Translations under genes and position numbers: made by a program | Source: Lama glama | Taxonomy: Eukaryota | DNA length: 64,000 nt | Direction: 5' to 3' | NCBI GenBank assembly: GCA_028534125.1 | Contig: CM052816.1 | Location: forward strand, 96,846,001 to 96,910,000 | Shown: one piece after another, positions 63,600-64,000 of the stretch | Numbering within the stretch: position 1 is the stretch's first letter | How the letters are laid out: every line of letters starts with the position of its first letter | Notes under the pieces: generated by a model | The model's input: the letters and a program-made list of their open reading frames with translations, nothing else | Told to the model about the DNA's origin: nothing | The model's database searches: none

Positions 63600-64000
63600 T
63601 TGGTTATTGATAGTCTGAGGCCAGTACATGTAGGTTTTCCATAAATGATATAGATTAGCAGAGCAAGTGTAAGTCTATAGCTTAGAGAAAAATTCAAATA
63701 GTGAGTATTAATATAAATGAAGGCTGGGTTTTGAAAAAGAACACAGCCAAAAGGTATGTTAAGTATTGGGAGAATGAGCATTTTGCCAACACATCTAAAA
63801 TTTCAACTGCTTGACACACAGAAATTTATTCCTGGCTTCCAGCATTCAGTAAAGCTAGCAGAAAGTCACGCAAAGTATTTTGGGTATAAAGGTTTTCATA
63901 AAAGATTAAAATGTATGTAATTGCTGAAGATCTAATCATCTCCACAAAATCAGGGAACCTGCCGCTGGTGTCAGCTGGCGGCTGAGAAGTGGGTGATGGT

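Overview
Mammalian genomic DNA, almost certainly from a camelid (alpaca/llama/camel). The basis is a tRNA-derived Vic-1-type SINE at 37621-37743 and camelid-type L1 3' ends, recognised from memory rather than by database search. I cannot support any protein-coding gene: the listed ORFs are chance ORFs, L1 remnants, microsatellite translations or run through N-gaps. The window looks intergenic or deep intronic. It is dominated by interspersed repeats, including about a dozen ERV1/ERVL solo LTRs (several with readable 4-bp target-site duplications and nested insertion histories), MaLR/MLT LTRs, old and young L1, MIR, L2 and DNA-transposon relics. There are also microsatellites and two round-sized assembly gaps (500 N and 100 N). 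The best leads are regulatory or evolutionary: an NF-kB/AP-1 motif cluster at about 23.1-24.1 kb, a MER41-like LTR with decayed GAS sites and a SINE inside it, a CpG-gaining patch in an old MER67 LTR, a possible short minus-strand first exon, and a palindrome/phased-motif element near 60.25 kb. I did not find a convincing novel biological system. Repeat family names need RepeatMasker/Dfam confirmation.
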